A DNA stretch of 64,000 nt from IMG/VR virus record IMGVR_UViG_3300029288_000107, positions 1 to 64,000 of that record, one strand, 5' to 3'. The notes under the pieces were generated by a model, which worked only from the letters and a program-made list of their open reading frames with translations, was not told where the DNA came from and made no database searches. A program made the translations under genes and the position numbers. Source of the stretch: a virus (taxonomy: Duplodnaviria > Caudoviricetes). Each line of letters opens with the position of its first letter. The stretch's first letter is position 1. Shown here piece by piece: positions 37,112 through 46,452 of this stretch.

Positions 37112-37327
37112 ATGAACCGTCCCAAGGTGGAAGAGGGGCCAAGGTTCTACGCCAAGGGGTGGGACGGGCGGTTTTTCTGTCCGTTCCTCCCGTTGCGCGT
37201 GAGCGATCTGGACGGGAGCGCCTACTGGTTGGGTCCGGGCGGGGCGCGGTGGACGGACGCGCAGGTCAACGCGGACGTGGATCGGCAGCTCCAGGAGTTC
37301 CTGCGGGCGAAGGAGGGTGAGGGATGA
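37112..37327 (+). CDS. hypothetical protein
   Basis: Packed ORF. Confidence 0.55.
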   Translation: MNRPKVEEGPRFYAKGWDGRFFCPFLPLRVSDLDGSAYWLGPGGARWTDAQVNADVDRQLQEFLRAKEGEG

Positions 37328-37448
37328 CGGTCAAGGAACTGATTGCGGAGTTGGCGAAGTGCGATGGTGACGCGCCGGTCTGGACGGAGGGGTGCGACAG
37401 CTAGTGAAAACAGACTCAAGTCTGGACATTGAGGGACAAACAATATGC

Positions 37449-37477
37449 TTGACACCTATACCAAAAACACGTAGGAT
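37449..37477 (+). promoter_or_regulatory. IS-internal sigma70 promoter
   Basis: TTGACA 37449-37454, 17 bp spacer, TAGGAT 37472-37477; ATG follows at 37484 (probably leaderless). Confidence 0.7.
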
Positions 37478-37483
37478 TGACCC

Positions 37484-37621
37484 ATGAAGAAGGATCAGCG
37501 GTTACAGGTGCAGTTCGATGCGGAGATGGCGGCGTGGCTAAAGGCGGAGGCTGAGCGGCGCCGGTGCAGCATAGCGCAGATCATCCGCGATCTGGTGCTG
37601 GCGGCCATGGAAGCGAAGTGA
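37484..37621 (+). CDS. ribbon-helix-helix (CopG-like) protein, 45 aa; not in the ORF track
   Basis: MKKDQRLQVQFDAEMAAWLKAEAERRRCSIAQIIRDLVLAAMEAK; GTGA overlap with tnpB. Confidence 0.75.
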   Translation: MKKDQRLQVQFDAEMAAWLKAEAERRRCSIAQIIRDLVLAAMEAK

Positions 37622-38868
37622 AGGCGTACCGCACCGAGTTGGACCTGAACAACAAGCAGCGCACGGCGTGTCTGCGGCATGCGGGGGCGGCGCGGTTCAC
37701 CTACAACTGGGGGCTGCAACGCAAGCGTATGGCTTGGGAAGGACGAAAGTCCGTGTTGGATGCTGGAGTGCCCAAAGAGGATGCGCCCAATGTACCCACG
37801 GCCATTGATCTACACCGCGAGCTGAACACGCTCAAGAAGACGGACTTCCCATGGATGTACGAGGTGAGTAAGTGCGCGCCGCAGGAGGCGTTGCGGAACC
37901 TCGACAAGGCGTTTGAGGGGTTCTTCCGGCGCTGCAAGCAGGGCGAGGCCAAGAAGGGATATCCGAAGTTCAAGAGCCGGAAGCAGGGCATTGGATCGTT
38001 TGCGTTGACTGGCACGATCCACGTTTCGGAACGGACCATTCAGTTGCCGCGTCTAGGTGTATTGCGATTGAAAGAGCACGGGTACTTTCCGACGACGGCT
38101 CGGATAACGCGCGCGACGGTATCTGAGCGTGCTGGGCGATGGTTCGTATCCATCCTGACGGACGAGGAACCGGTGCGCAAGAAGGGCACGGAGGTGCTCG
38201 GGGTAGATGTTGGCATCGCGCACCTGGCGGTGTTGTCGGATGGCACGGTGTTCGAGAATCCGATGGCGCTCAAGATCGCACAGGATCGGGTGCGGCGGTT
38301 GCAGAAGTCGGTTAGCCGAAAGGTGAAGGGATCGAAGAATCGGAAGAAGGTAGTGCAGCGGTTGGCGCGGCAGCATTACCGGGTAGCGTGCGTGAGGAGC
38401 AACGCGATCCACCAGGCGACGTCGGCGATATCCAAGAGGGCGGCGGTGGTGGGGATCGAGACGCTCAACGTGCGCGGCATGCTGAAGAATCACTGCCTGG
38501 CTGGTGCCTTGTCCGATGCGGGCATGTCGGAGTTCTTGCGGCAGCTGGAGTATAAGGTGGGCTGGTCGGGCGGCGTGGTGGCGAAGGCGGATCGCTTCTA
38601 TCCATCCTCGAAGCTCTGTTCAGATTGCGGGTACGAGATGGAGGATCTGCCGCTGTCGGTACGGGAGTGGGACTGTCCTGGTTGCGGATCCGTGCATGAT
38701 CGCGACATCAACGCGGCGATGAACCTTCAAAACATGGCGGCCAGTTCGGCCGTGACAGCCTGTGGAGAGGATCGCTCTGGCGCGCAGATGCGGAAGCGCG
38801 TGAAACGAACTTCTGTGAAGCAGGAAATCAACACTGAGCGAGGCATGTCCTCGCTTGGGTCAGTTTGA
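37618..38868 (+). CDS. tnpB: TnpB RNA-guided endonuclease
   Basis: AYRTEL..NNKQ...HAGAARF.YNWGL; YPKFK; RuvC GVDVG, IETLNV, HDRDINAA; CSDCG/CPGCG zinc finger. Confidence 0.95.
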   Translation: MKAYRTELDLNNKQRTACLRHAGAARFTYNWGLQRKRMAWEGRKSVLDAGVPKEDAPNVPTAIDLHRELNTLKKTDFPWMYEVSKCAPQEALRNLDKAFEGFFRRCKQGEAKKGYPKFKSRKQGIGSFALTGTIHVSERTIQLPRLGVLRLKEHGYFPTTARITRATVSERAGRWFVSILTDEEPVRKKGTEVLGVDVGIAHLAVLSDGTVFENPMALKIAQDRVRRLQKSVSRKVKGSKNRKKVVQRLARQHYRVACVRSNAIHQATSAISKRAAVVGIETLNVRGMLKNHCLAGALSDAGMSEFLRQLEYKVGWSGGVVAKADRFYPSSKLCSDCGYEMEDLPLSVREWDCPGCGSVHDRDINAAMNLQNMAASSAVTACGEDRSGAQMRKRVKRTSVKQEINTERGMSSLGSV

Positions 38869-38896
38869 TGGAACGGTGCGACTGCTGGGGGATCGC
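38700..38896 (+). ncRNA. predicted omegaRNA (reRNA) scaffold overlapping the tnpB 3' end, plus about 20 nt flanking guide
   Basis: By analogy to TnpB elements: GCCTGTGGAG...TGAAGCAGGAA pairing segments, hairpin GAGCGAGG-catgt-CCTCGCTT, end GAACGG; 5' boundary approximate. Confidence 0.55.
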
Positions 38897-39020
38897 GTTC
38901 GAGGTGCGGGAGCGTTCGAAGTTCTGTCCGGACGTTGGGGAGGAGCACCCGGAGTTCCCGGAGTACGGAGATGGGATGCCCGCCAACGCGGTGCTGATCC
39001 TGCGGTAGGGAGGGTGAGGG

Positions 39021-39290
39021 ATGAGCGACGAATTCTACAGTTGGGTGCAGGAGGCGACGCCCGGGGCGCCGCACGCGCAGGACGTCTGGCTCTACCAGTC
39101 GCCCGCGGCGTGGTGGAGGCGGCTCTGGTGGCGCGTGCGGATGCTGCTGGGGCGGATCGTGTCGCGCGTGAAGCCGCGCCCGAACATGGTGCTCTATGGC
39201 TGCGTGCCGGTGCGGTGCTCCGCGCCCGAGGGGGACGACGTTGTCTCGGTGGTCTCGGTGAGCGAATTCACGTGCACGAGGCAGCTTTGA
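39021..39290 (+). CDS. hypothetical protein
   Basis: RBS and packing. Confidence 0.5.
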   Translation: MSDEFYSWVQEATPGAPHAQDVWLYQSPAAWWRRLWWRVRMLLGRIVSRVKPRPNMVLYGCVPVRCSAPEGDDVVSVVSVSEFTCTRQL

Positions 39291-39292
39291 GG

Positions 39293-39697
39293 ATGCCAAA
39301 CAGGGAGAGCCGCCGGAACCGACGGTTCCTGTGCGCGCTCGCGGTGCGGGTGCTGCGCGACGTGGAGCTGCTGGGGGGAGAGGTGGACCCGCGCGCCTAC
39401 GAGTTGATCCGAATGGCGCGGCACCACACGGTGCAGCCGATGCGGGTGCCGGAACTGCTGTTCGCCTACGAGGAGGCGCGGGCGCTGTTCCATCACCGCG
39501 GCAACAACTACACCCACTACGCCTTGTTGAAGGCGACGCTGTTCCATGAGGCCAACCACAAGGGCATCTTAAACTACGTGGGGTACGTGCTGCACGGGCG
39601 GCGGGAGAGCCCCTACGCACAGCTCTGGATCGCGTGGGTGCGGGCGCAGGCGCCGCGGTTGGGCATCGCGGTGCCGTACATCACGGATGGAGGTTAG
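39293..39697 (+). CDS. hypothetical protein
   Basis: GC3-rich frame. Confidence 0.55.
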   Translation: MPNRESRRNRRFLCALAVRVLRDVELLGGEVDPRAYELIRMARHHTVQPMRVPELLFAYEEARALFHHRGNNYTHYALLKATLFHEANHKGILNYVGYVLHGRRESPYAQLWIAWVRAQAPRLGIAVPYITDGG

Positions 39698-39699
39698 GC

Positions 39700-39939
39700 A
39701 TGATCGAGTACAACGAGGAGACGTGCGTTACGGCGGGGGCGTTGCGGGAGGTCGGGGTGCCGATCCCGGAGAACGTTCCGGACTGCGCGTGGGTGCCCCG
39801 GTGGTCGTTCCGGCCGGAGGTCGTGCAGGGCAGCGCGCATGACGACGGGCAGGGGCGCATGAGCATCGGGATCGCGGTGCGGTTCGACGAGCCGTTCCGC
39901 TGGGTGGAGGGGACGTTCCAGGTGGGAGGCGAGGGATGA
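39700..39939 (+). CDS. hypothetical protein
   Basis: GGAGG RBS. Confidence 0.6.
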   Translation: MIEYNEETCVTAGALREVGVPIPENVPDCAWVPRWSFRPEVVQGSAHDDGQGRMSIGIAVRFDEPFRWVEGTFQVGGEG

Positions 39940-40499
39940 GCGCGTTCCTGTGGATGGCCCTGTGCTTCGGCGGCGGCCTGCTCTGCGGGTCGATCGCGAC
40001 GCTCCTCGTGGAGGGGCGCCCGCAGCGGCGGTGGCGGCGCTGGCGCGAGAACCGGGCCTGGCGGGCGCAGGAGCGCCGGGGCGGCAAGCGGTGCCGCTGC
40101 GGGGCCACGATGCGACAGGAGTACAGCGAGGTCTCGATGGGGCGCTGCCTGCACGACTTCGATCCGGCCTCCGTGATCTACTGGCGCTGCGACGCCTGCG
40201 AGCGCACCTGCGCGGATCGCGATGGCAGTGGCGTAGACGCCGGGACGATCCCAGCGGAGGAGTGGTGCATCCACGACGCGCAGGGGTTCGTGCGCGAGCT
40301 GGGGGCGGTGAAGCTGCTCCAGATCCGGGGGCGCGGGACGGTGGCGCAGGTGCCCCGCACGAGCCCGCGCTTCTTCGAGATCGGGCAGCGGGTGGACGTG
40401 CAGGGACGGCGGTTTGTGATCTCGGGGATCGAGTACAGCAGCGGGGCCCATGGGGTGCTGCCCGGTGTGGGCCTCGTGCTGCGGACGGAGGGGGCATGA
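39936..40499 (+). CDS. membrane-anchored hypothetical protein
   Basis: N-terminal TM; Cys motifs. Confidence 0.55.
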   Translation: MSAFLWMALCFGGGLLCGSIATLLVEGRPQRRWRRWRENRAWRAQERRGGKRCRCGATMRQEYSEVSMGRCLHDFDPASVIYWRCDACERTCADRDGSGVDAGTIPAEEWCIHDAQGFVRELGAVKLLQIRGRGTVAQVPRTSPRFFEIGQRVDVQGRRFVISGIEYSSGAHGVLPGVGLVLRTEGA

Positions 40500-40771
40500 G
40501 CGAGCTGCCGAACGTGGACGAGGCGGAGGGGCTGCCGTTGGAGGTCTTCGCGGGCCTGAGCCTCGTGCTGCACGTGGAGTCGGAGCTGGTAGGTGGGGTG
40601 CTGTTCGTGAGCAACGACTACGTGGCGGCGCCGGGGGATCCGGTCGCGTACCGCGCGTGGGAGCTGGCGTCCCTGCTGTGGCTGGATCAGCGGGTGGTGC
40701 GGCTGACGCACGCGGTCAAGAGTACGTTTGCGGGCGCGCGGGTGACGGCAACGGAAAGGATGAAGGCATGA
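40496..40771 (+). CDS. hypothetical protein
   Basis: ATGA overlap. Confidence 0.55.
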   Translation: MSELPNVDEAEGLPLEVFAGLSLVLHVESELVGGVLFVSNDYVAAPGDPVAYRAWELASLLWLDQRVVRLTHAVKSTFAGARVTATERMKA

Positions 40772-41532
40772 CGATGAGGTGCGGACGTTGTGGAGTGGAG
40801 GTGCAGGGGTCGGACGCGACGGCGGTGGAGGCGCTGACCGTGGAAGGGACGCTGCTGTGTTCGGTGCTGTGCGCCGACTGCGCGAGGGTGCTGAAGGCCG
40901 GGAAGTATCCCGGGGTGACCATGCGCGCGGACGGGCGGCTGGAGGCGATCCCGAGCGTGCCTGCCAACGACTGCGACAAGCTGGGAGAGCACGGGTGCGG
41001 GGTGCACTGCGGGCCGTGTGACTTCGACGCGGGCAACCAGGCGGACTGCCCGTACCACCAGGACAACGTGCACGCGCGTGCGTCGGAGGGGGATGTGCTT
41101 GTTGTGACGGAGGCGGAGTGGAATCGCGCGGTAGCCCTCCGCGAGCGACTGGCAGCCTACGCGCACGAGGCGTGGGCGATGTGGATGCGGCACCTGAGCA
41201 TGCGGCAGCGCGGGACGAGTTGGCGGGGGGAGCGCGAAATCTGGGAGTTCGAAGTTGAGGACGCGAAGCGGTGGGACAGGCAGGTACGGACGACCTACGC
41301 GGAGCTGCCGGAGGCCGAGAAGGCGAGCGATCGGGCGCAGGCGGACCGCATCCTGGCGATCCTGCGCGGGGCGGACACCACGGTGGCCAAGGAGGAGGCG
41401 GTGCCGTTGGCGGAGCGTCCATGCATGTTCGAGGGGTGTCGCACCCGCACGCATCGGGTCGATCGGGGATACTGTCCGGCGTGCAAGGCGCGGATGAAGG
41501 CGCGCGAGGCGATCCTGCGGGGGGAGGGATGA
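40768..41532 (+). CDS. mosaic protein with a RyR-like segment
   Basis: LAAYAHEAWA.W...YAELPEAEKASDR; ends AILRGEG. Confidence 0.6.
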   Translation: MTMRCGRCGVEVQGSDATAVEALTVEGTLLCSVLCADCARVLKAGKYPGVTMRADGRLEAIPSVPANDCDKLGEHGCGVHCGPCDFDAGNQADCPYHQDNVHARASEGDVLVVTEAEWNRAVALRERLAAYAHEAWAMWMRHLSMRQRGTSWRGEREIWEFEVEDAKRWDRQVRTTYAELPEAEKASDRAQADRILAILRGADTTVAKEEAVPLAERPCMFEGCRTRTHRVDRGYCPACKARMKAREAILRGEG

Positions 41533-41852
41533 TGCGGTTGTTCGACTTGCAGTTCCTGCTTGGACATCGCCTGGATCTGGTCAACCAGGTGGAGGGCGAC
41601 GACGAGTTCATACACAGCGAGAAGTTCTGCGATCTGGACGAGGAGCAGCGTGCGCGGTTCGAGGGCGGCGCGCGTGGGCGACTGTTCCAGCTGCGGGAGA
41701 TCGAGGCGATCGACCTGGCGCACCCGGAACAGGCGGACGCGTGGCTAGGACCACCGTGGCCCATTCGGAAGTCGCTGGAGGAACTGGCGAAGATGGACTT
41801 GCCGTCGAGTTCCAGTTGGAAGGTGCGGGCGATCCTGCGCGGGGAGGGGTGA
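41529..41852 (+). CDS. hypothetical protein
   Basis: ATGA overlap; ends AILRGEG. Confidence 0.6.
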   Translation: MMRLFDLQFLLGHRLDLVNQVEGDDEFIHSEKFCDLDEEQRARFEGGARGRLFQLREIEAIDLAHPEQADAWLGPPWPIRKSLEELAKMDLPSSSSWKVRAILRGEG

Positions 41853-42142
41853 TGAACGGACGGACCATGGTGGTGATCGGTGGGGCGCACGCCGGGCAGC
41901 GGGTGGAGGATGTGGCGGGGCCGATGTTGCGCCTGGCCATGTACGCGACACCGCAGGCGATGCTCCCGGGAAGGGGGCTGCCTCCGGACACGACGGTGCG
42001 GGAGGTGGAGTACCGGCGGGTGCGGTTGGCGGAACTGGACGTAACGCTGGAGGCATGGGTCCACCCGTCGGTGCTATCGCCGCTGCGGGAGTTGCTGGAC
42101 CACTACCGGCCGATACGTGCGGTCGTGAGCGAGGAGGGGTGA
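41852..42142 (+). CDS. hypothetical protein
   Basis: TGATG overlap; IGG.H.G motif. Confidence 0.6.
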   Translation: MNGRTMVVIGGAHAGQRVEDVAGPMLRLAMYATPQAMLPGRGLPPDTTVREVEYRRVRLAELDVTLEAWVHPSVLSPLRELLDHYRPIRAVVSEEG

Positions 42143-42144
42143 GA

Positions 42145-42291
42145 ATGCGGGTGCGTCCAATCTTCGCCTGGTACGACTGCTGGGTGGGCGTCTTTTGGGA
42201 TCGCGGCAAGCGGATGCTATATGTGTTCCCGCTGCCCATGCTGGGGGTGCGGATCGAGTTCGGAGGAACGTCATGGAGAGACCAAACGTAA
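42145..42291 (+). CDS. hypothetical protein
   Basis: FAWYD.WVGVFWD....LY.FPLP..G. Confidence 0.6.
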   Translation: MRVRPIFAWYDCWVGVFWDRGKRMLYVFPLPMLGVRIEFGGTSWRDQT

Positions 42292-42482
42292 AGTGCCCCG
42301 TGTGCGGCAGCGCGATAACGAGGTTCCGTATCTACGAGGACGGCAGTCCGGGCGTGGCGACGTGTGGGTGCGGCGCGGAGGTGCCGGTCCTGCGCGAACA
42401 GGTCCGGCTTCTGCGCGGTCCCGATATCGTGTGGAATGGAGAGAGGTGGGAGACGGTGACAGATTCGGAGGATCGATCATGA
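42273..42482 (+). CDS. zinc-ribbon hypothetical protein
   Basis: CPVCG...CGCG. Confidence 0.5.
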   Translation: MERPNVKCPVCGSAITRFRIYEDGSPGVATCGCGAEVPVLREQVRLLRGPDIVWNGERWETVTDSEDRS

Positions 42483-42688
42483 TGCGGATTAAGTACCTAC
42501 TGCGTTGTGCCTGCCATTGGTTGCGGTGCTCGTTGCCAGCTTTGGAGGAATTCTACGAGGCCGGGTGGTGGACGCGCGTGCGTATGCAGTTTTGTGGGGG
42601 AATCTGGATCTGGCATCCAGATCGTGGACGCGTGTGGGTGTACCAGATCAACGGGGAATCCTGGCGGGACGCGCTGGAGGAAGACTGA
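42479..42688 (+). CDS. hypothetical protein
   Basis: ATGA overlap. Confidence 0.45.
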   Translation: MMRIKYLLRCACHWLRCSLPALEEFYEAGWWTRVRMQFCGGIWIWHPDRGRVWVYQINGESWRDALEED

Positions 42689-42690
42689 TC

Positions 42691-43020
42691 ATGGGTGCGA
42701 TACCGATGCCGCCTCCGCCGAGGCGGGTGAACGTGACGCGAGAGGTCGTGGAGGCGCGGATGGGCAGTGGGCCGCCGTACCCGTTCCACTTCGTGGGGAC
42801 GCAGCGGCCCGCGCATCCCAAGATGGGTGATTGCCTGTTCGTTGAGGAGACGGGCGAGGAGTTCATCTACTGCCCCGAGAGCGAAACGTGGCAACTGCTG
42901 GCGGGGGCGGGGTACGACTACGACTGGAGGCGCGAGCGCGAGTGGCACTGCGCCTACTGTCGGACGGTGTTCGTGGAGCAGCGGTGCCCGACCTGTGGTG
43001 CCGGGCGCGGGGAGGAGTAG
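42691..43020 (+). CDS. zinc-finger hypothetical protein
   Basis: WHCAYC...RCPTCGA. Confidence 0.55.
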   Translation: MGAIPMPPPPRRVNVTREVVEARMGSGPPYPFHFVGTQRPAHPKMGDCLFVEETGEEFIYCPESETWQLLAGAGYDYDWRREREWHCAYCRTVFVEQRCPTCGAGRGEE

Positions 43021-43023
43021 GAG

Positions 43024-43311
43024 ATGAAAACGGCATCGAAACTGTACGAGATCACGGCGAAGCGTCGGCGCGCAGCGATCGACAAACACGTGGACGGGAT
43101 CTGGCGCATGATGTCATCCCTTGCTGAGGGGCACGGGACTGGCAACTACACGGCGGAGATCGAGAGTGACGCTCCTAGTGCTGTTGTGTCAGCGGTCGCG
43201 AGCATCTTCCGGGAGCACGGGTACGCCGTGCAGGTGCGCGACGCGGACCCCATGGAGAAGCGGGATTGGCGGATCGTGATCAGCTGGGAACCGGCAGAGG
43301 AGGAGGCGTGA
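43024..43311 (+). CDS. hypothetical protein
   Basis: RBS; ends IVISW. Confidence 0.6.
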   Translation: MKTASKLYEITAKRRRAAIDKHVDGIWRMMSSLAEGHGTGNYTAEIESDAPSAVVSAVASIFREHGYAVQVRDADPMEKRDWRIVISWEPAEEEA

Positions 43312-43712
43312 TGGGCAAGCGGATGGATCGGTGGTTTCGGAGGCCGGGGTCGTGGGCGCGGGTGTGGGGCGTATGGGGCGCGGTCCTGATGGCGGCACTG
43401 GCGACGTGGCAGGGCTTGCACGGGGAGGCGAGTTGGCTGGTCTGCATCGTGATGCTGCTGTGCGTGATACTGGGGGAGATGGTGGCGCTGCGGAAGTACG
43501 CGGAAGCGCACTGGGACGATCTGCACGGGCCGGTGCGGGAGACGCTGCGGGGCGCCGTGAACTTTGATAGGTTCGACATCAGGCCGGGCAGCACGGTCAA
43601 CTTCGACGGCAAGGAGTTCCGCGTGCAGCAGGTGACGCACGAGATCGCGATGGGGGCGAGCGCAGGCGACACGACGAGCTTCGAGGCGACGCGGGGAGAG
43701 GATCGCGCGTAA
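43311..43712 (+). CDS. two-TM membrane protein
   Basis: Two hydrophobic segments. Confidence 0.55.
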   Translation: MGKRMDRWFRRPGSWARVWGVWGAVLMAALATWQGLHGEASWLVCIVMLLCVILGEMVALRKYAEAHWDDLHGPVRETLRGAVNFDRFDIRPGSTVNFDGKEFRVQQVTHEIAMGASAGDTTSFEATRGEDRA

Positions 43713-43737
43713 GCGCACGCGCGTGCGCAAGGACGAC

Positions 43738-44127
43738 ATGAAAGACAAGGACGACAACCTGATCGCTGAGAACGTGGTGCGCGCGTTGGGAGACCTGCGC
43801 CTGCACGCGATGCGGTCGGAGTACGCGGTGCACGAGGCGATTGCGACGTGTTTGCGGGCGGCGGGGATCGCGTTCGAGCATGAGGTGCGGGTCGGATCGC
43901 GGTGTCGGGTGGACTTCCTGTGCGCGGGCGGCGTGGCGATCGAGGTGAAGCGCGGGAAGCCCATCACTAGGGTGGTTGCTGAGCAGGTGGAGCGCTACTG
44001 CATGTGCGATCCGGTGCGGGCGCTCGTGTTGGTGACGGAACGCGGGTTGCAGCAGGTGGTGACGGAGGCGCACGGCAAGCCGGTGCGCACGGTCACGTTG
44101 GCGGAGAACTGGGGGATCGCACTGTGA
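43738..44127 (+). CDS. small PD-(D/E)XK nuclease coupled to the helicase
   Basis: SE...HEV...RVDFL...AIEVK...QVERY. Confidence 0.7.
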   Translation: MKDKDDNLIAENVVRALGDLRLHAMRSEYAVHEAIATCLRAAGIAFEHEVRVGSRCRVDFLCAGGVAIEVKRGKPITRVVAEQVERYCMCDPVRALVLVTERGLQQVVTEAHGKPVRTVTLAENWGIAL

Positions 44128-45947
44128 CGGACCGAATCCCGGACTATCTGGCCGAACCGACCTACGCAGGGCACCTGTATGGGGAGCTGCAATACAACGT
44201 CGACCGCAAGCGGTTCGTGATCGCGGGGGAGCCCGCCATGCGGGAGTTTGCCAAGCGCTTATTCCCGGGAGCCCGGGTGACGCGCGACCTGGTGGCCTTC
44301 GACGACACGCGGCGCGCGGCGGGGGACCTCAACTGGTTCCTGCTTCGGTTCCCGCTGCGGATCGGATGCCCGGAGGAACTGGCGGCGGCGCGGCAGCGCG
44401 CTGTGGATCACGCTCTGCGGCGCACGGCGAACGCCGACTTGACGGCGACGGTGCCTCCGGCGGAGTTCACGGGGAAGCTCTTTCCCTACCAGCAGGTGGG
44501 GGTGTCCTACCTGTGCAGCAACGAGCGCACGCTGCTGGCGGACGGCATGGGGCTCGGGAAGACGTGGACGGCGTTGGGGGCTGCGGCGCAGGTGGGCAAG
44601 TATCCCGTGCTGATCGTCTGCCAGACGCACGTGCAACGGCAGTGGCAGCGGGCGGTCGGCGCGTTGCTCGACATGCCGGGCACGGGGCAGGAGATTATCG
44701 GGGAGACGCAATGGGATCGGGCGGAGCGCAAGGGCAAGGCGCTGGCGCCGATCCTGCGCACGTTGACGCCGTACGATCTGCCGAGCACGCCGTTCGCGAT
44801 CATCCACTACGGCCTGCTGTCCGCATGGCGAGAGGATCTGGAGCGGCGCGGATACCCCGTCGTCATTTTCGACGAGGTGCAGGAGCTGCGCCACGACGGC
44901 AGCCGCAAGTACAGCGCGGCGTCGCTGCTGTCGTCGGCGGCGGACTGCGTGTGGGGGTTGTCGGGGACTCCGATCTATGGGTACGGTGCGGAGATCTGGA
45001 ACGTGACGAACGCCATCGACTTCAATTGTTTGGGGTCGTTCGAGGCGTTCTCTCGGGAGTGGTGCACGGGATACGGTGTCAAGGTGATCGAGCAGCCGAA
45101 CGTGCTGGGAGACTACCTGCGCCGGGAGGGGCTGATGCTGCGGCGCCGCCAGTCGGAGGTGCAGCCGGACCTACCGCCCGTCCTGCGGCGGGTGCAGGAG
45201 TTGGACCACGATGAGGAGTTGCACGCGCAACTCATGCGCGAGGCGATAGCCACGGCGCGCGGATTCAACGAGTTGGCCTGGCATCGTCGAGGGCAGGCGG
45301 CACGGGATATTGATCGCCGATCACGATACGCAGCGGGGATCGCCAAGGCTCACCAGGTGGGGGCATTCATCGTAGGATTGATGGAGGCTGGGGAGCGTCC
45401 GCTGGTGTTCGCCTGGCATCACGACGTGCACGATGTGCTGCGGGAGATGCTGGCCCCCTACCATCCGGCGGTGCTGACGGGGCGCGAGACGGAGCGGCAG
45501 AAGGATGCAGCGCTCCGGAGCTTCGTGAACGATCAGGCTGGCGTGGCGATCTTGTCGTTGCGAACGGCAGCAGGCATCGACGGGTTGCAGGCGCGGGCGA
45601 CCTGCGTGGTCATGGCCGAGTTGGACTGGGCGCCTGCGGTGCACGGGCAATGCGAAACGCGAGCGGCTAGGCTTGGCGTGCCGGACACGGTGACGGAGAT
45701 CCCGAGCTACTACTGCGTGGCGCGGACGGGATACGATGTCACCATGATGGACGTGCTTGGGCTCAAGACGGCGCAGTTTCAGGGGATCATGGGCGACGAG
45801 CCGGAGACGGCAGAGGAGAAGGTGGCGCAGGACGAGGCCGTGGCCCGGCGCCTGCAAACGCTGATCGAGCGGTTGGCGGGGCACGAGGTGCAGTTGCGCG
45901 TGAACAGCGGGGAGATTGTGCAGGCGTTGGAAGAGGAGGAGGAGTGA
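44124..45947 (+). CDS. SNF2-family helicase
   Basis: LFPYQ, LLADGMGLGKT, FDEVQ, LSGTP, MLRR, GIDGLQ, ELDW.P...Q...R..RLG. Confidence 0.92.
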   Translation: MTDRIPDYLAEPTYAGHLYGELQYNVDRKRFVIAGEPAMREFAKRLFPGARVTRDLVAFDDTRRAAGDLNWFLLRFPLRIGCPEELAAARQRAVDHALRRTANADLTATVPPAEFTGKLFPYQQVGVSYLCSNERTLLADGMGLGKTWTALGAAAQVGKYPVLIVCQTHVQRQWQRAVGALLDMPGTGQEIIGETQWDRAERKGKALAPILRTLTPYDLPSTPFAIIHYGLLSAWREDLERRGYPVVIFDEVQELRHDGSRKYSAASLLSSAADCVWGLSGTPIYGYGAEIWNVTNAIDFNCLGSFEAFSREWCTGYGVKVIEQPNVLGDYLRREGLMLRRRQSEVQPDLPPVLRRVQELDHDEELHAQLMREAIATARGFNELAWHRRGQAARDIDRRSRYAAGIAKAHQVGAFIVGLMEAGERPLVFAWHHDVHDVLREMLAPYHPAVLTGRETERQKDAALRSFVNDQAGVAILSLRTAAGIDGLQARATCVVMAELDWAPAVHGQCETRAARLGVPDTVTEIPSYYCVARTGYDVTMMDVLGLKTAQFQGIMGDEPETAEEKVAQDEAVARRLQTLIERLAGHEVQLRVNSGEIVQALEEEEE

Positions 45948-46426
45948 TGCGAAGGTTTTTCTACGACACGGAGTTCATGGAGAGTCCCGGCATGCTGGAG
46001 CTGCTGAGCATTGGCGTGGTGAGCGAGAGCGGGCGGGAGTGCTACCTGGAGAACTACGAGGCGGACCTGAGCCGGGCGAATCCGTGGGTGCGCGAGCACG
46101 TGCTGCCGCACCTGAACCATCCGGACGTGCTGCGCGGGACGCGGAAGATGATCGCGGAGTCTCTGCTGTGGTTCCTACAGCCGTCGAAGGCGGACCCGGT
46201 GGAACTGTGGAGCTATTACGGGGCCTACGATCACGTGGCGCTGTGCTGGCTCTGGGGGCCCATGGTGGACCTACCGCCGGGCATGCCGATGCTGACGCTG
46301 GACGTGAAGCAGCTGGCGCTGAGCCTGGGCGATCCGAAGCTGCCGAAGCAGACCGGGGCCGAGCACAACGCGCTGGCGGATGCGCGGTGGACGCGGGAGG
46401 CGTGGTTGTTTCTGGAGAGTCTGTAA
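45947..46426 (+). CDS. DEDDh 3'-5' exoribonuclease (RNase AS/DUF5051-like)
   Basis: FYDTEF, LLSIG, AYDHV, HNALADARW. Confidence 0.85.
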   Translation: MRRFFYDTEFMESPGMLELLSIGVVSESGRECYLENYEADLSRANPWVREHVLPHLNHPDVLRGTRKMIAESLLWFLQPSKADPVELWSYYGAYDHVALCWLWGPMVDLPPGMPMLTLDVKQLALSLGDPKLPKQTGAEHNALADARWTREAWLFLESL

Positions 46427-46452
46427 CGCACGCGCGTGCGAGAGGAGGCATC

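Larger units (their letters stand above)
37393..38876 (+). mobile_element. 1484-bp non-autonomous IS607-like element (RHH + TnpB, no TnpA)
   Basis: Lower-GC insert; GGTGCGAC at both junctions (37391-37398, 38875-38882); right end ...TTTGATGGAACGG; left-end hairpin CAGAC-tcaa-GTCTG 37411-37424. Confidence 0.85.
37324..39008 (+). pseudogene. small gene split by the TnpB element (rejoined: MTVKELIAELAKCDGDAPVWTEGCD|CWGIAFEV...AVLILR, 66 aa)
   Basis: Joining 37324-37398 to 38883-39008 restores one frame ending at TAG 39006-39008. Confidence 0.8.

Noticed and set aside
37393-38876. IStron (group I intron-IS hybrid) that would splice out and restore the host gene
   Set aside because: Only about 90 bp precede the RHH gene, too short for a group I intron core.
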